Part shown: positions 18,877 through 27,367 of the stretch, one piece after another
Numbering within the stretch: position 1 is the stretch's first letter
Layout of the letters: the number at the start of each line of letters is the position of its first letter
Virus record (IMG/VR): IMGVR_UViG_3300016667_000907
Span: 1 to 34,884 of that record
Strand: one strand, 5' to 3'
DNA length: 34,884 nucleotides
Origin: a virus
Lineage: Duplodnaviria; Caudoviricetes
Translations under genes and position numbers: made by a program
Notes under the pieces: model-generated
Told to the model about the DNA's origin: nothing
Seen by the model: the letters and a program-made list of their open reading frames with translations, nothing else
Databases searched by the model: none

Positions 18877-19577
18877 TGACAAAGACTACTATTCCTGTTT
18901 CTGAGCGCATTAAGTCACGTATTATCACTAGCGGTAAGCGCTTTTTTGCGTGTGATAATGTGTCTGATTTTATGTACGATGGTGAGGAGGAAGAGCTCGT
19001 ACTCGAGCTTACCGGTAAGTTTAATTCTGTTATCGATTCTCTCGTGATCGACCGCGAAAATGATCCTAATAGTCACGACACGGGTAATCGCTTAGCCAAG
19101 ATGTATGTTTATGAAATCATGTCCGGTCGTTATGAGAAGGCGCCTAAGGTAACTGCTTTCCCTAATACTGGCGAGAATTCTTATAATGGTATGCTAGTAG
19201 TACGTGCAGAGATTAAGTCTATGTGCTCTCATCACCACCAGCCGGTTAGTGGTGTAGCTTACATCGGCATTATTCCTACTAGTAAGGTCATTGGTCTTTC
19301 CAAGTACATTCGTCTTGCGCAGTGGTATGCACGTCGAGGTCAGCTGCAAGAAGAACTATGCGAACAGATCGCTAATGCTATCGTACAAGCTACCGGTAGT
19401 GATAGTGTAGCGGTATATCTACAAGCCGAGCATGGCTGCTGCACTAACCGTGGTGTAGAAGCGCATAGTTCTCTAACACAAACGACTGTACTTCGTGGTC
19501 AGTTCCACGACTCAAGTGTGAAGACTGAATTCTTCAATAATATCTCTATTCAACAGCAGTATTCTTCGAGGGGATAG
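18876..19577 (+). CDS. folE: GTP cyclohydrolase I FolE
   Basis: T..R.AKMY, SMCSHH, IGLSK..R, R.QLQE, H.C...RGV. Start reassigned to ATG 18876. Confidence 0.95.
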   Translation: MTKTTIPVSERIKSRIITSGKRFFACDNVSDFMYDGEEEELVLELTGKFNSVIDSLVIDRENDPNSHDTGNRLAKMYVYEIMSGRYEKAPKVTAFPNTGENSYNGMLVVRAEIKSMCSHHHQPVSGVAYIGIIPTSKVIGLSKYIRLAQWYARRGQLQEELCEQIANAIVQATGSDSVAVYLQAEHGCCTNRGVEAHSSLTQTTVLRGQFHDSSVKTEFFNNISIQQQYSSRG

Positions 19578-19587
19578 TATTACTAGT

Positions 19588-19619
19588 GGGAGTAAGCATT
19601 GCGCTTACTCCCTTGTTTT
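19588..19619 (+). terminator. Rho-independent terminator after folE
   Basis: GGGAGTAAGC-ATTGC-GCTTACTCCC followed by TTGTTTT. Confidence 0.8.
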
Positions 19620-19660
19620 AGATATTACTGGAACAGTTCTGTATATTAGAGGATATTTAA

Positions 19661-20449
19661 ATGCGTATTGCCCATGAAGCTCCTATCGCGATCTTTAATC
19701 TAGTACAGGAGATGACTGATTATGATTATTGCTTAGTCCACCTCATGGATGAACTTCCAGAATATCGTGATCTATTTCTCAAAGCTCGTGATGAAGGTGA
19801 AGAGATCATCCTCGATAACTCCATCTTTGAACTAGGTGAGGCGTATAACGCCGATCAATATTACGAGTGGGTAAAGGTACTACAGCCCAAGTACTTCATT
19901 ATTCCAGACAGCCTGAATAACTCGGCTGTTACTCTACAGCGTATGGAACATTGGTTTGATACTCGTGCTCCAGTACCTGGTTGTGGCGCTATGGCTGTAG
20001 TACAAGGATCTTCTATGGAAGAGCTAGTTGATTGTTACGCGAAGATTGCATATGATCCGCGTGTGGCTAAGATTGGTATCTCTTTTGATTCTATTTGCTA
20101 CTACGATAGTAACAGCCCACTATCCCGTGAAGCGCAGTTTATGAAGGGACGTAGTAACTTCATTCAATATCTTATTGAGAATAAGCTAGCAAATACTGAG
20201 AAGCCGCACCACCTGCTAGGTTGCTCTCTACCTCAAGAAATGTTCTTCTATCGTAATGTACCTTGGATTGAATCTGTAGATACATCCTCCCCGGTTGTAA
20301 ATGGATTACTCCACATCAAGTATACTATTCTAGGTCTCGAGTCTAAGCCTTCAGTGAAGCTATTTACTCTCATCAACTCTGAAGTGTCGGATGAGCAGGT
20401 AAACCTGATCGAGCATAACGTTAATATGTTTAGGAGTTTTTGTAATTGA
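19661..20449 (+). CDS. Divergent TGT-like TIM-barrel protein (DpdA3-like transglycosylase)
   Basis: ILDNS, IIPD, AVVQG, HHLLG, SVDTSSP match the TGT-fold motif order; embedded in the que cluster. Confidence 0.7.
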   Translation: MRIAHEAPIAIFNLVQEMTDYDYCLVHLMDELPEYRDLFLKARDEGEEIILDNSIFELGEAYNADQYYEWVKVLQPKYFIIPDSLNNSAVTLQRMEHWFDTRAPVPGCGAMAVVQGSSMEELVDCYAKIAYDPRVAKIGISFDSICYYDSNSPLSREAQFMKGRSNFIQYLIENKLANTEKPHHLLGCSLPQEMFFYRNVPWIESVDTSSPVVNGLLHIKYTILGLESKPSVKLFTLINSEVSDEQVNLIEHNVNMFRSFCN

Positions 20450-20991
20450 AGTGGATAGCTCTATTTTCCCAGTCGGGGTCAGAAATTGCTAGGCTAGCTA
20501 GTAATCTAGGTACTTGCCCCGACATGACTATCACTACTAATCGTGATTATAGCACATGGCACCCCGGTGTACGTCTGCTACCCCGAGTAGCTATCATGAA
20601 GAGCGAAGATATCCATTACATGCTAGAATCACGTGATGAGACTACTCTTATCACCATGCATGGGTATCTTCGTATTCTACCCGCTGCGGTGTGTAATAAA
20701 CACGAAGTGTATAATGGTCATCCTGGAGATATTATTAAGTACCCCGAACTAAAGGGTAAGGATCCTCAGAAGAAGGCTGTTGAACTAGACTTACCTTCAA
20801 CCGGTGTTGTTATTCACCGCGCTACAGAGAAACTCGATAGTGGCGATATTTACCGGTTCGCTCGTGTAGATATTCCAAAGCATGACGAGGAGCAACTAAC
20901 CCAAGCCTTGAAAGATGCATCTGTTAAACTGTGGACTGATTTCATGACAGATATTCTTTATACACTACGACATACACGAGGTGGTCTATGA
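20446..20991 (+). CDS. PurN-family formyltransferase (DpdN-like preQ1 formyltransferase)
   Basis: LFSQSGS, GYLRILP, NGHPG, GVVIH, LDSG correspond to PurN/Fmt motifs. Confidence 0.82.
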   Translation: MKWIALFSQSGSEIARLASNLGTCPDMTITTNRDYSTWHPGVRLLPRVAIMKSEDIHYMLESRDETTLITMHGYLRILPAAVCNKHEVYNGHPGDIIKYPELKGKDPQKKAVELDLPSTGVVIHRATEKLDSGDIYRFARVDIPKHDEEQLTQALKDASVKLWTDFMTDILYTLRHTRGGL

Positions 20992-21542
20992 AAATTGGCG
21001 TTTGTGGAGCCCAGAGTGTAGGCAAGACTACACTGCTTAATGCGTTAAGGTCAGAACGAGTATTTAAGGGTTATAGTATTTGCAATGAGGTAACCAGGAC
21101 AGTAAAGTCTTGGGGGCAGAGTATTAATGAGGGTGGTACCGATCTAACTCAACGCATGATCATGCTTCTTCATTTGGAGAATGTGACTCTACATGACAAT
21201 ATGATTACCGACCGCACCGCTCTAGATTGTCTCGTATACGCCCGATACCTGCATAAGCAGCAGCAACTTGATGCTTCTTCTGTACTCTATTGTAACGAGA
21301 TGTTCTGGAAGATCTGGCCTCAATACGATGCCGTGTTCTTTATTAAGCCAGAGTTCTGCATTGAAGATGATGGGGTTCGCAGCGTAAGTGTACAGTTTAG
21401 GGATCAAATCCAGAAAGAATTCGTACAAGTTATCGAAGAGCTTGAACTATACAAAGATCGAGTATATTATCTAACTGGTAGTGTTGCTCAGCGTGTCAAT
21501 CAAGTACTAACCGTTTGTAAGGAAAATTATAATGTCTATTGA
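20988..21542 (+). CDS. P-loop NMP-kinase-like protein (NadR/AAA_28-like)
   Basis: GAQSVGKTT, E..R, DRT.LD..VY, YD..F, EDDG.R. Confidence 0.8.
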   Translation: MKIGVCGAQSVGKTTLLNALRSERVFKGYSICNEVTRTVKSWGQSINEGGTDLTQRMIMLLHLENVTLHDNMITDRTALDCLVYARYLHKQQQLDASSVLYCNEMFWKIWPQYDAVFFIKPEFCIEDDGVRSVSVQFRDQIQKEFVQVIEELELYKDRVYYLTGSVAQRVNQVLTVCKENYNVY

Positions 21543-22455
21543 TAAGATTCTCGAGATTGCTTCTGTACACCTTGGTAAGGCTGGTGATGGTAGTGTTGTA
21601 AAGCCATATCAGACCCCTGATCGGGCTGATCCTTCTCTACTAGTTCCTATTCCCCGTGAACTAAATCGTACCGCGTATAAGATTACTGATGAGATCTTTA
21701 CTGGGTATGATAGTTGGAATTGCTATGAGACCAGCTTCCTACTCAATAACGGCTACCCTGTTAGTGGCGTTCTGGTGATTGAGTATCTATCCAACTCGGA
21801 ATGTATTGTAGAGTCCAAGTCACTCAAGCTATATCTAAACTCATACAATATGATGCGTATGGGTTATAGTATTGATGAGGCTATTTCACAGTTCACTGAT
21901 TGTGTGGAGTACGACCTAAATCGAGCGCTTAATACTCATGTAAGCGTGTCTTTTGTACAGAACAGTCAAAAGCCTTGTGTGGTTCCTCTCTATAATGTAG
22001 ACTTTCTATCGATTGATGATCTGGTCGATGTTTCCAGTCTTCAGTTTGATACCTACAATGAAGATCCATCTCTCATTAAGGCGGTAGAGTCGAGTACTGA
22101 TACAGTACAGCGTTTGCATACTTCTGCACTACGTTCAAACTGTCGAGTGACTAATCAGCCAGATTGGGGCGATGTTTATATTCATATTCGTGGTAAGCGT
22201 TTGGTAGATCCAGGTTCACTGCTACAGTACATTGTATCCATGCGACAGGAGAATCACTTTCACGAAGAAATTTGTGAAATGATGTATGCGCGTCTCTTTG
22301 AGATTCTCGAACCAGCCGAGCTCTTTGTGGCTTGTAATTACACTCGTCGCGGCGGTATTGATATCAATCCAGTGCGGGCGTCTGATACTGTTACTCTGAG
22401 TCTCGCCAATTCATGCATGTATACAGGTGTATACGCCAAGACTATGAGGCAGTAA
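21532..22455 (+). CDS. queF: Bimodular preQ0 reductase QueF
   Basis: W.CYE, ESKSLKLYLNS, LRSNC.VT.QPDWG, FHEE.C, YTRRGG.DINP. Confidence 0.96.
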   Translation: MSIDKILEIASVHLGKAGDGSVVKPYQTPDRADPSLLVPIPRELNRTAYKITDEIFTGYDSWNCYETSFLLNNGYPVSGVLVIEYLSNSECIVESKSLKLYLNSYNMMRMGYSIDEAISQFTDCVEYDLNRALNTHVSVSFVQNSQKPCVVPLYNVDFLSIDDLVDVSSLQFDTYNEDPSLIKAVESSTDTVQRLHTSALRSNCRVTNQPDWGDVYIHIRGKRLVDPGSLLQYIVSMRQENHFHEEICEMMYARLFEILEPAELFVACNYTRRGGIDINPVRASDTVTLSLANSCMYTGVYAKTMRQ

Positions 22456-22456
22456 T

Positions 22457-22837
22457 ATGGCGAAGTATGATCATGGTGGAGGATGCCCTTGCGGGCTCCT
22501 CCCTGAATGTGACAATAAATGCAACATTGCATTGGAACAACAATACATCAGCGCACTAATGGCTTCGAAAAATATCTTGCAAGATAATATTATTAAGAAA
22601 GTTGTGACGGATACCCGGTCGCCTGACACTAATGTGGAGGCGATACGTGAATCACTTCTACAGCGCTCCATTGTGGGTCTCAAAAAGTACAATACTACCA
22701 CAAATCGTACCGATCTTACTATGGGAGATTGGTTACAGCATCTTCAAGAAGAGCTTTTAGATGCCGCGGTTTACGTAGAGCGGCTTAAAAGTATGGTACG
22801 AAGTCTAGAAGCTGTATTTGGACCTGTTAAGAAGTAA
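22457..22837 (+). CDS. Conserved phage protein, possible all-alpha NTP pyrophosphohydrolase (MazG-like)
   Basis: RS.VG.KKY..T..R.DL...DWLQHLQEELLDAAVY with an EExxD acidic cluster; Cys-rich N-terminus. Confidence 0.5.
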   Translation: MAKYDHGGGCPCGLLPECDNKCNIALEQQYISALMASKNILQDNIIKKVVTDTRSPDTNVEAIRESLLQRSIVGLKKYNTTTNRTDLTMGDWLQHLQEELLDAAVYVERLKSMVRSLEAVFGPVKK

Positions 22838-22848
22838 GTAGATAAGAG

Positions 22849-22877
22849 TAGCATCATTATCCTCCAAGGTATATAAT
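22849..22877 (+). promoter_or_regulatory. sigma70-like promoter
   Basis: TAGCAT, 17 bp spacer, TATAAT, followed by AGGAG RBS. Confidence 0.6.
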
Positions 22878-22894
22878 GTGTAGGTTAGGAGATA

Positions 22895-23290
22895 ATGATG
22901 CTACCTCAGATCGGTCAAACAGTATCGGTTATTATTCGAAATAACCGCAAGGATCTGGATAGTTTCCGCCGCGCGGATTATAAGATTGAAGGTGTGGTTG
23001 TTCCCAATCATCGCTGGTTGAAGGATGACCACATCTGCGTTCTTACTAAAGATCGTAATTTTATCTCCCAGATCGCTATCAAGAATATTGTTTCCATCGA
23101 CGGTATTCAATCAAAGACTCCTTCAAAATCTACTAGCAATACACGCGTATATCAGGTAAAGTCTGTAAAGTCTGGTAGCGTGTACAATGTTACAATCTCT
23201 AATGATCAGGTGCAGTGCGATTGTGTTGGATTTCAATACCGACGCGATTGCAAGCACGCCCAGTTCATTCGTAAGATTAATACAATCTAA
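22895..23290 (+). CDS. SWIM zinc-finger protein
   Basis: V.S.KSG..YNV...CDC..F..R..CKH. Confidence 0.8.
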   Translation: MMLPQIGQTVSVIIRNNRKDLDSFRRADYKIEGVVVPNHRWLKDDHICVLTKDRNFISQIAIKNIVSIDGIQSKTPSKSTSNTRVYQVKSVKSGSVYNVTISNDQVQCDCVGFQYRRDCKHAQFIRKINTI

Positions 23291-23300
23291 AGGATAGAAT

Positions 23301-24059
23301 ATGTCACTCACAACCCAATACCTTGATCGTCTTTCCTCTTCTAAGCGCGGTGCTGTTATCGTGCTGTCAGGTGGTATGGATAGTACTATCGCTATGCGTC
23401 TGGCGGTAGCCAAGTATGGAAACAGCAATGTACGGGCTTTGACTTTTAACTACGGTCAGAAGCAGTCTCGCGAGATTCAGATGGCCGGGCAATCAACCGC
23501 TGCGCTTGGTGTAAAGCATAAGGTTCTTGATCTAGGAATTCTAGGTGAGATCTCTCAGGGATTCTCCGCTAATGTTGATACTGGCATTGAAATGCCGACC
23601 ATTCATGATGTACTAGGTGATCCACGCCCCAAGACTTACGTTCCTAATCGCAATATGATTCTAATGTCTCTATGCGCTGCGTATGCTGAAGTAGAAGACA
23701 TTGATCAGATCATCATGGGCTTGCAGGTCAATGATGAATATGGATATCATGATACCACGCAGCGATTTGTGGATAAGGTGAATAGTGTTCTAAGCGAGAA
23801 TCGTATTATTAAGATCGAGATCATCGCTCCTTTTGCTTCTATTACTAAGACCGACGAGATTATGCTTCTCAAGGAACTTGATGGTAATGTGAATCTACTA
23901 GAGCACACTCTTACTTGTTATAATCCAAATGAGAAGGGGCAGTCTTGTGGTAAGTGTCCTTCTTGTGCTGAACGAATCAAGGCGTTTGTTAATAACCGAT
24001 TGATTGATCCGGTGCCATACTCTATTAATATTGACTGGCATCGCTTTATGGGTCTATAA
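23301..24059 (+). CDS. queC: 7-cyano-7-deazaguanine synthase QueC
   Basis: SGGMDS, F.YGQK, YVPNRN, TCY..CGKCPSC..R. Confidence 0.96.
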   Translation: MSLTTQYLDRLSSSKRGAVIVLSGGMDSTIAMRLAVAKYGNSNVRALTFNYGQKQSREIQMAGQSTAALGVKHKVLDLGILGEISQGFSANVDTGIEMPTIHDVLGDPRPKTYVPNRNMILMSLCAAYAEVEDIDQIIMGLQVNDEYGYHDTTQRFVDKVNSVLSENRIIKIEIIAPFASITKTDEIMLLKELDGNVNLLEHTLTCYNPNEKGQSCGKCPSCAERIKAFVNNRLIDPVPYSINIDWHRFMGL

Positions 24060-24061
24060 CA

Positions 24062-24700
24062 ATGTGCGCTATTATTGGTACACGTAATATTAACAGCATC
24101 ATGCCTCTATACGAACTCAACTCGTATAGAGGCAAGCATTCACACTCTATCGCTGTGTATGATATTAAGCATGGCGATATTACGATACTAACTCGAGGTG
24201 TCGGCGAGCTTAAAGAGTCTGTTATTGACACTCTTCGGCGTGATTATAATCGAGACAACTACTACTACATCGTGCACTCCCAAGCACCTACTAGTGAAGG
24301 CCGATCAAGCGAATTCATTCATCCGGCTCATCATAATGGTTCGTACCTATGGCATAATGGCATTATCAAGGCAGTAGAATGCGATCGGCTTCGTAATACA
24401 CTGGGTTCCGATAGTCAATGGGACACTCAACTACTACTCATGAGCATCATTGATCAGGGGAATCTCAATAACCTCGATGGATCATTTGCTTGCTTACTCT
24501 ATCACCGCAAGCGACTCTTTATGTTTCGTAATGAGATCTCACCGCTTTTTGTAGATTTTGATTTCAACATCTCATCCACTAAACCTACTGGTGATTGGTT
24601 TTCTGTTGTACCTAATCGAGTATATTCCATTGACTTTGTAGCGGGCGCTACCGCTATTGAATCTACATTCAACACTTTTAGTTCTCCATACCTCCTTTAA
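24062..24700 (+). CDS. Class II (Ntn) glutamine amidotransferase-like protein
   Basis: N-terminal MC.IIG, RG..S, H..APT, HP, WHNGII, DT, GSFA. Confidence 0.85.
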   Translation: MCAIIGTRNINSIMPLYELNSYRGKHSHSIAVYDIKHGDITILTRGVGELKESVIDTLRRDYNRDNYYYIVHSQAPTSEGRSSEFIHPAHHNGSYLWHNGIIKAVECDRLRNTLGSDSQWDTQLLLMSIIDQGNLNNLDGSFACLLYHRKRLFMFRNEISPLFVDFDFNISSTKPTGDWFSVVPNRVYSIDFVAGATAIESTFNTFSSPYLL

Positions 24701-24711
24701 GGGCTACTCAT

Positions 24712-25221
24712 ATGATTGTACATCCACTATCGCTAGATAATATTATTAATAATGTAGACGAAAAGTGCATTCAACCCAACGCGGTTGATGTACGGGTATC
24801 AGCTTTTAGGTGTATCGACGACATCGATGGTATGTACGGAGACACCGGGGACTATACTAACCAGCTCTTTTGCATCGATGATAAGGAAACGGTGCATAAG
24901 AAGAAGACAGCAGAGATTCCAACAGACGATGATGGAAGCTGGCTTCTATATCGAGGTGTGTATGAATTCACATCACCGCATTATGTAACAATACCCGAAG
25001 GGTATGCAGGATATCTTATCACGCGGTCTTCACTGAACCGTAATGGTATTTTTGTTCTGTCTGGATTATACGACACGGGGTACCAGGGCTATATTGGAGG
25101 CACTTTATATAATCTCAACGGTCGCTTGAAGATCAAGAAGGGAACACGAGTCTGTCAGTTTGTTCTCTTAAAGTCGGAGAGCATCGGGTCATACGAAGGG
25201 CAATACAACCATTCTAGGTAA
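24712..25221 (+). CDS. Trimeric dUTPase/dCTP deaminase family protein
   Basis: QPN.VD.R, RSSL.R.G, YD.GY.G, KG.RV.Q, Y.GQY. Confidence 0.9.
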   Translation: MIVHPLSLDNIINNVDEKCIQPNAVDVRVSAFRCIDDIDGMYGDTGDYTNQLFCIDDKETVHKKKTAEIPTDDDGSWLLYRGVYEFTSPHYVTIPEGYAGYLITRSSLNRNGIFVLSGLYDTGYQGYIGGTLYNLNGRLKIKKGTRVCQFVLLKSESIGSYEGQYNHSR

Positions 25222-25900
25222 GATGCTTCCATTTAAACCCGTATGATACTTTATCGGATTTGATGGCTTGCGATAATGTCGCACCATCAAATCCGTTACT
25301 TACCGCAGCTTTATTTACTGAAGTGTAAGTATTTACTAAATTGCCCTGTAGGTCATACTGAGCGACACATTTGATTAATTTTGCATCTGTTTCTTTAATA
25401 GTATGACCTTTGTAGGCCCATCTAAACCCTTTACAAGAACGACGCAGACCGTCACAGCATTCTTTAATACTATTTTTTGAACTACTACTATTAGCGACAG
25501 CATTTGAGGCTTCTTGAATAGATTTATAGGATGCAATATATTCGCCAAACAAGGTGTATTGATCAACCTCTATCCCTACTCGAGTACGCCCTTCGCCGCC
25601 GAGTGATATATTAGTAAGCATTCCACCCCGACTAGCTAAACCATAAAGACTGATGAGCTCTTTTTCTTTCTGAAAAGCAGACTCCTCATTATCCATGTAG
25701 ATGACTTCTACAGTAACTTCAAGGTTCTTTTCTAGAATTTGCTTGATAGTGTTACTCTTATGACGGTTACCTGTTCTGCTTTCACGCCAGTTACGAGCAG
25801 CGGACTTGATATGGAAGCTCACCCTTTCACCTCGACCCTTGCCTACATAAAATGGCATGTTATCCTTCATTGGATTCTTTAAGATATAAACATAAAACAT
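25214..25900 (-). CDS. GIY-YIG homing endonuclease with two NUMOD1-like repeats
   Basis: FYVY...PFYVGKG..R...H, E.ELI..YG, LTN..GGEG; repeats V.QY.L.G......SI.EA and VAQYDLQG.LV..Y.SV..AA. Confidence 0.9.
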   Translation of the reverse strand: MFYVYILKNPMKDNMPFYVGKGRGERVSFHIKSAARNWRESRTGNRHKSNTIKQILEKNLEVTVEVIYMDNEESAFQKEKELISLYGLASRGGMLTNISLGGEGRTRVGIEVDQYTLFGEYIASYKSIQEASNAVANSSSSKNSIKECCDGLRRSCKGFRWAYKGHTIKETDAKLIKCVAQYDLQGNLVNTYTSVNKAAVSNGFDGATLSQAIKSDKVSYGFKWKHLT

Positions 25901-25911
25901 GTGGTCTTGCC

Positions 25912-25960
25912 CTATAAACCCAGAATATTATTAGTATTTATAAAATACGGGTTTTATAGG
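25912..25960 (-). promoter_or_regulatory. Late promoter TATAAATA inside an RBS-proximal hairpin for the HEG
   Basis: TATTTATA at 25935-25942 (minus-strand TATAAATA), between arms CCTATAAACCC and GGGTTTTATAGG. Confidence 0.75.
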
Positions 25961-26014
25961 CTCTTACGTTGCCATTTACCACCTGATATTTGCCGCCTGG
26001 ATATGTTGGTGGCC

Positions 26015-26191
26015 TATGTTGGTGGCACGCTCTATAATCTTAATGGTCGCTTGAAGATCAAGAAAGGAACACGAGTCTGTCAATTGGTTCTTTTAAAGGC
26101 TGAGACTGTACACATGTATACAGGACAATACAATCATGCTAAGACGAATCATCTTAACCACATTGCTGGCAGTAACACTGCAGGAGGCTAA
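26015..26191 (+). pseudogene. Duplicate 3' end of the dcd/dut gene
   Basis: YVGGTLYNLNGRLKIKKGTRVCQLVLLK...Y.GQYNH matches 25090-25212. Confidence 0.9.
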
Positions 26192-26669
26192 AGCTAATAA
26201 TCTAGTTCAATATGAGCACCAAGTCGAGGCTTATATTGAGCACTACAAATCAAGACTAACGACCACCATGATGAATAGGCGAGATATTCAGTGTCTCGCC
26301 ATGAATATCTACTTTGAGGCCCGAGGGGAAAGAACCCTCGGGCAAGTCGCCGTAGCCAACACTACTATTAATCGTGCGGGTAATTCAAATAATATCTGCC
26401 GTGTAGTATATCAGCCCAATCAGTTCTCATGGACCAGTATGCCGCGCCGGCGCCCGGTGGGCGAACCCTGGCAGAAAGCATTAACACTGGCCTGGTTGGC
26501 GATTAATGAACCTGAACTAATCAGAGACATTACTCGAGGCAGCAACTACTTTCACTCATATAGAAGAACCCCTCAACTGTTTCGACAGTTCAGCCACACC
26601 ATTACCATCGGCAATCATCGCTTCTATAGACAAGATACACCAGTGGTGGAGGTTGCAGAAGCTAGATAG
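26136..26669 (+). CDS. SleB-like cell wall hydrolase
   Basis: N-terminal signal peptide; CLA.NIYFEARGE...GQ.AVA...NR, IC.VVYQ..QFSW, IGNH.FY. Confidence 0.93.
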   Translation: MLRRIILTTLLAVTLQEAKANNLVQYEHQVEAYIEHYKSRLTTTMMNRRDIQCLAMNIYFEARGERTLGQVAVANTTINRAGNSNNICRVVYQPNQFSWTSMPRRRPVGEPWQKALTLAWLAINEPELIRDITRGSNYFHSYRRTPQLFRQFSHTITIGNHRFYRQDTPVVEVAEAR

Positions 26670-26687
26670 TCCAAAAGGAGACTATCT

Positions 26688-27134
26688 ATGGATACAACTA
26701 AAACTCTAAAAGTTCTTCAAGCCAACACGTTTAACATGTTTTTGAAGTCTTGGTTCTTTCACTGGAATGTGGAAGGCCGAGACTTCATGCAATTGCATGA
26801 TCTGTTTGGTCAGATCTACAATGATTTGTTTGGTGCTATTGATCTAATCGCCGAGCATATTCGAGCTCTTGACGATTATGCGCCAGGGTCACTGCAGCGC
26901 TTTCGTGAACTAGGCGCTACTATTGATGACAAGACCACCATTCCTCAAGCCCGAGCCATGGTTGGTGAGCTTCTAACAGACAACCGAGTGGTAGTCAAGT
27001 CTTTGCGTGATGTGGTGGAAGCCGCCAAGCGCGAGAATCTAGAAGAGATTATTAACTTCGCTGGAGGACGTCTTGAGGTTCACACCAAGTTTGGGTGGAT
27101 GCTGAGTGCTATTCTCAAGACCGATCGAGAATAA
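26688..27134 (+). CDS. dps: Dps/ferritin-like protein
   Basis: HWNV.G..F..LH.LF, D..AE.IRAL, H.K..WML. Confidence 0.93.
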   Translation: MDTTKTLKVLQANTFNMFLKSWFFHWNVEGRDFMQLHDLFGQIYNDLFGAIDLIAEHIRALDDYAPGSLQRFRELGATIDDKTTIPQARAMVGELLTDNRVVVKSLRDVVEAAKRENLEEIINFAGGRLEVHTKFGWMLSAILKTDRE

Positions 27135-27367
27135 TGGCTGGAAACAAGAATAGCGGTTCTCCAGGCATCCCCAAGACGCCAGAGCACCGCCGTAAAATAT
27201 CACATGAACATAAAGAATTAGTGTTAGCGAGGACTCACCCGCTAACACTAATGGATACATGCCAAAACTGTGGTCTTGTAGCCCAGGCTAACATGATACG
27301 TCGCTGGCACAATGATAGGTGTCGCGACTACTGGTCATACAAATCCAAGAAACTCAAGTGTGATTAG
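27134..27367 (+). CDS. Small HEG-type DNA-binding protein (NUMOD3-like plus CxxC-H-C finger), no nuclease domain
   Basis: PKTPEHRRKIS and CQNCG...RWHNDRC; TAATG-coupled to dps. Confidence 0.6.
   Translation: MAGNKNSGSPGIPKTPEHRRKISHEHKELVLARTHPLTLMDTCQNCGLVAQANMIRRWHNDRCRDYWSYKSKKLKCD

Noticed and set aside
25901-26014. 96-aa ORF 25901-26191 as a real gene
   Set aside because: Its 5' part is the HEG's antisense promoter/hairpin region and lacks an RBS; only the 3' part is the dcd/dut duplicate.
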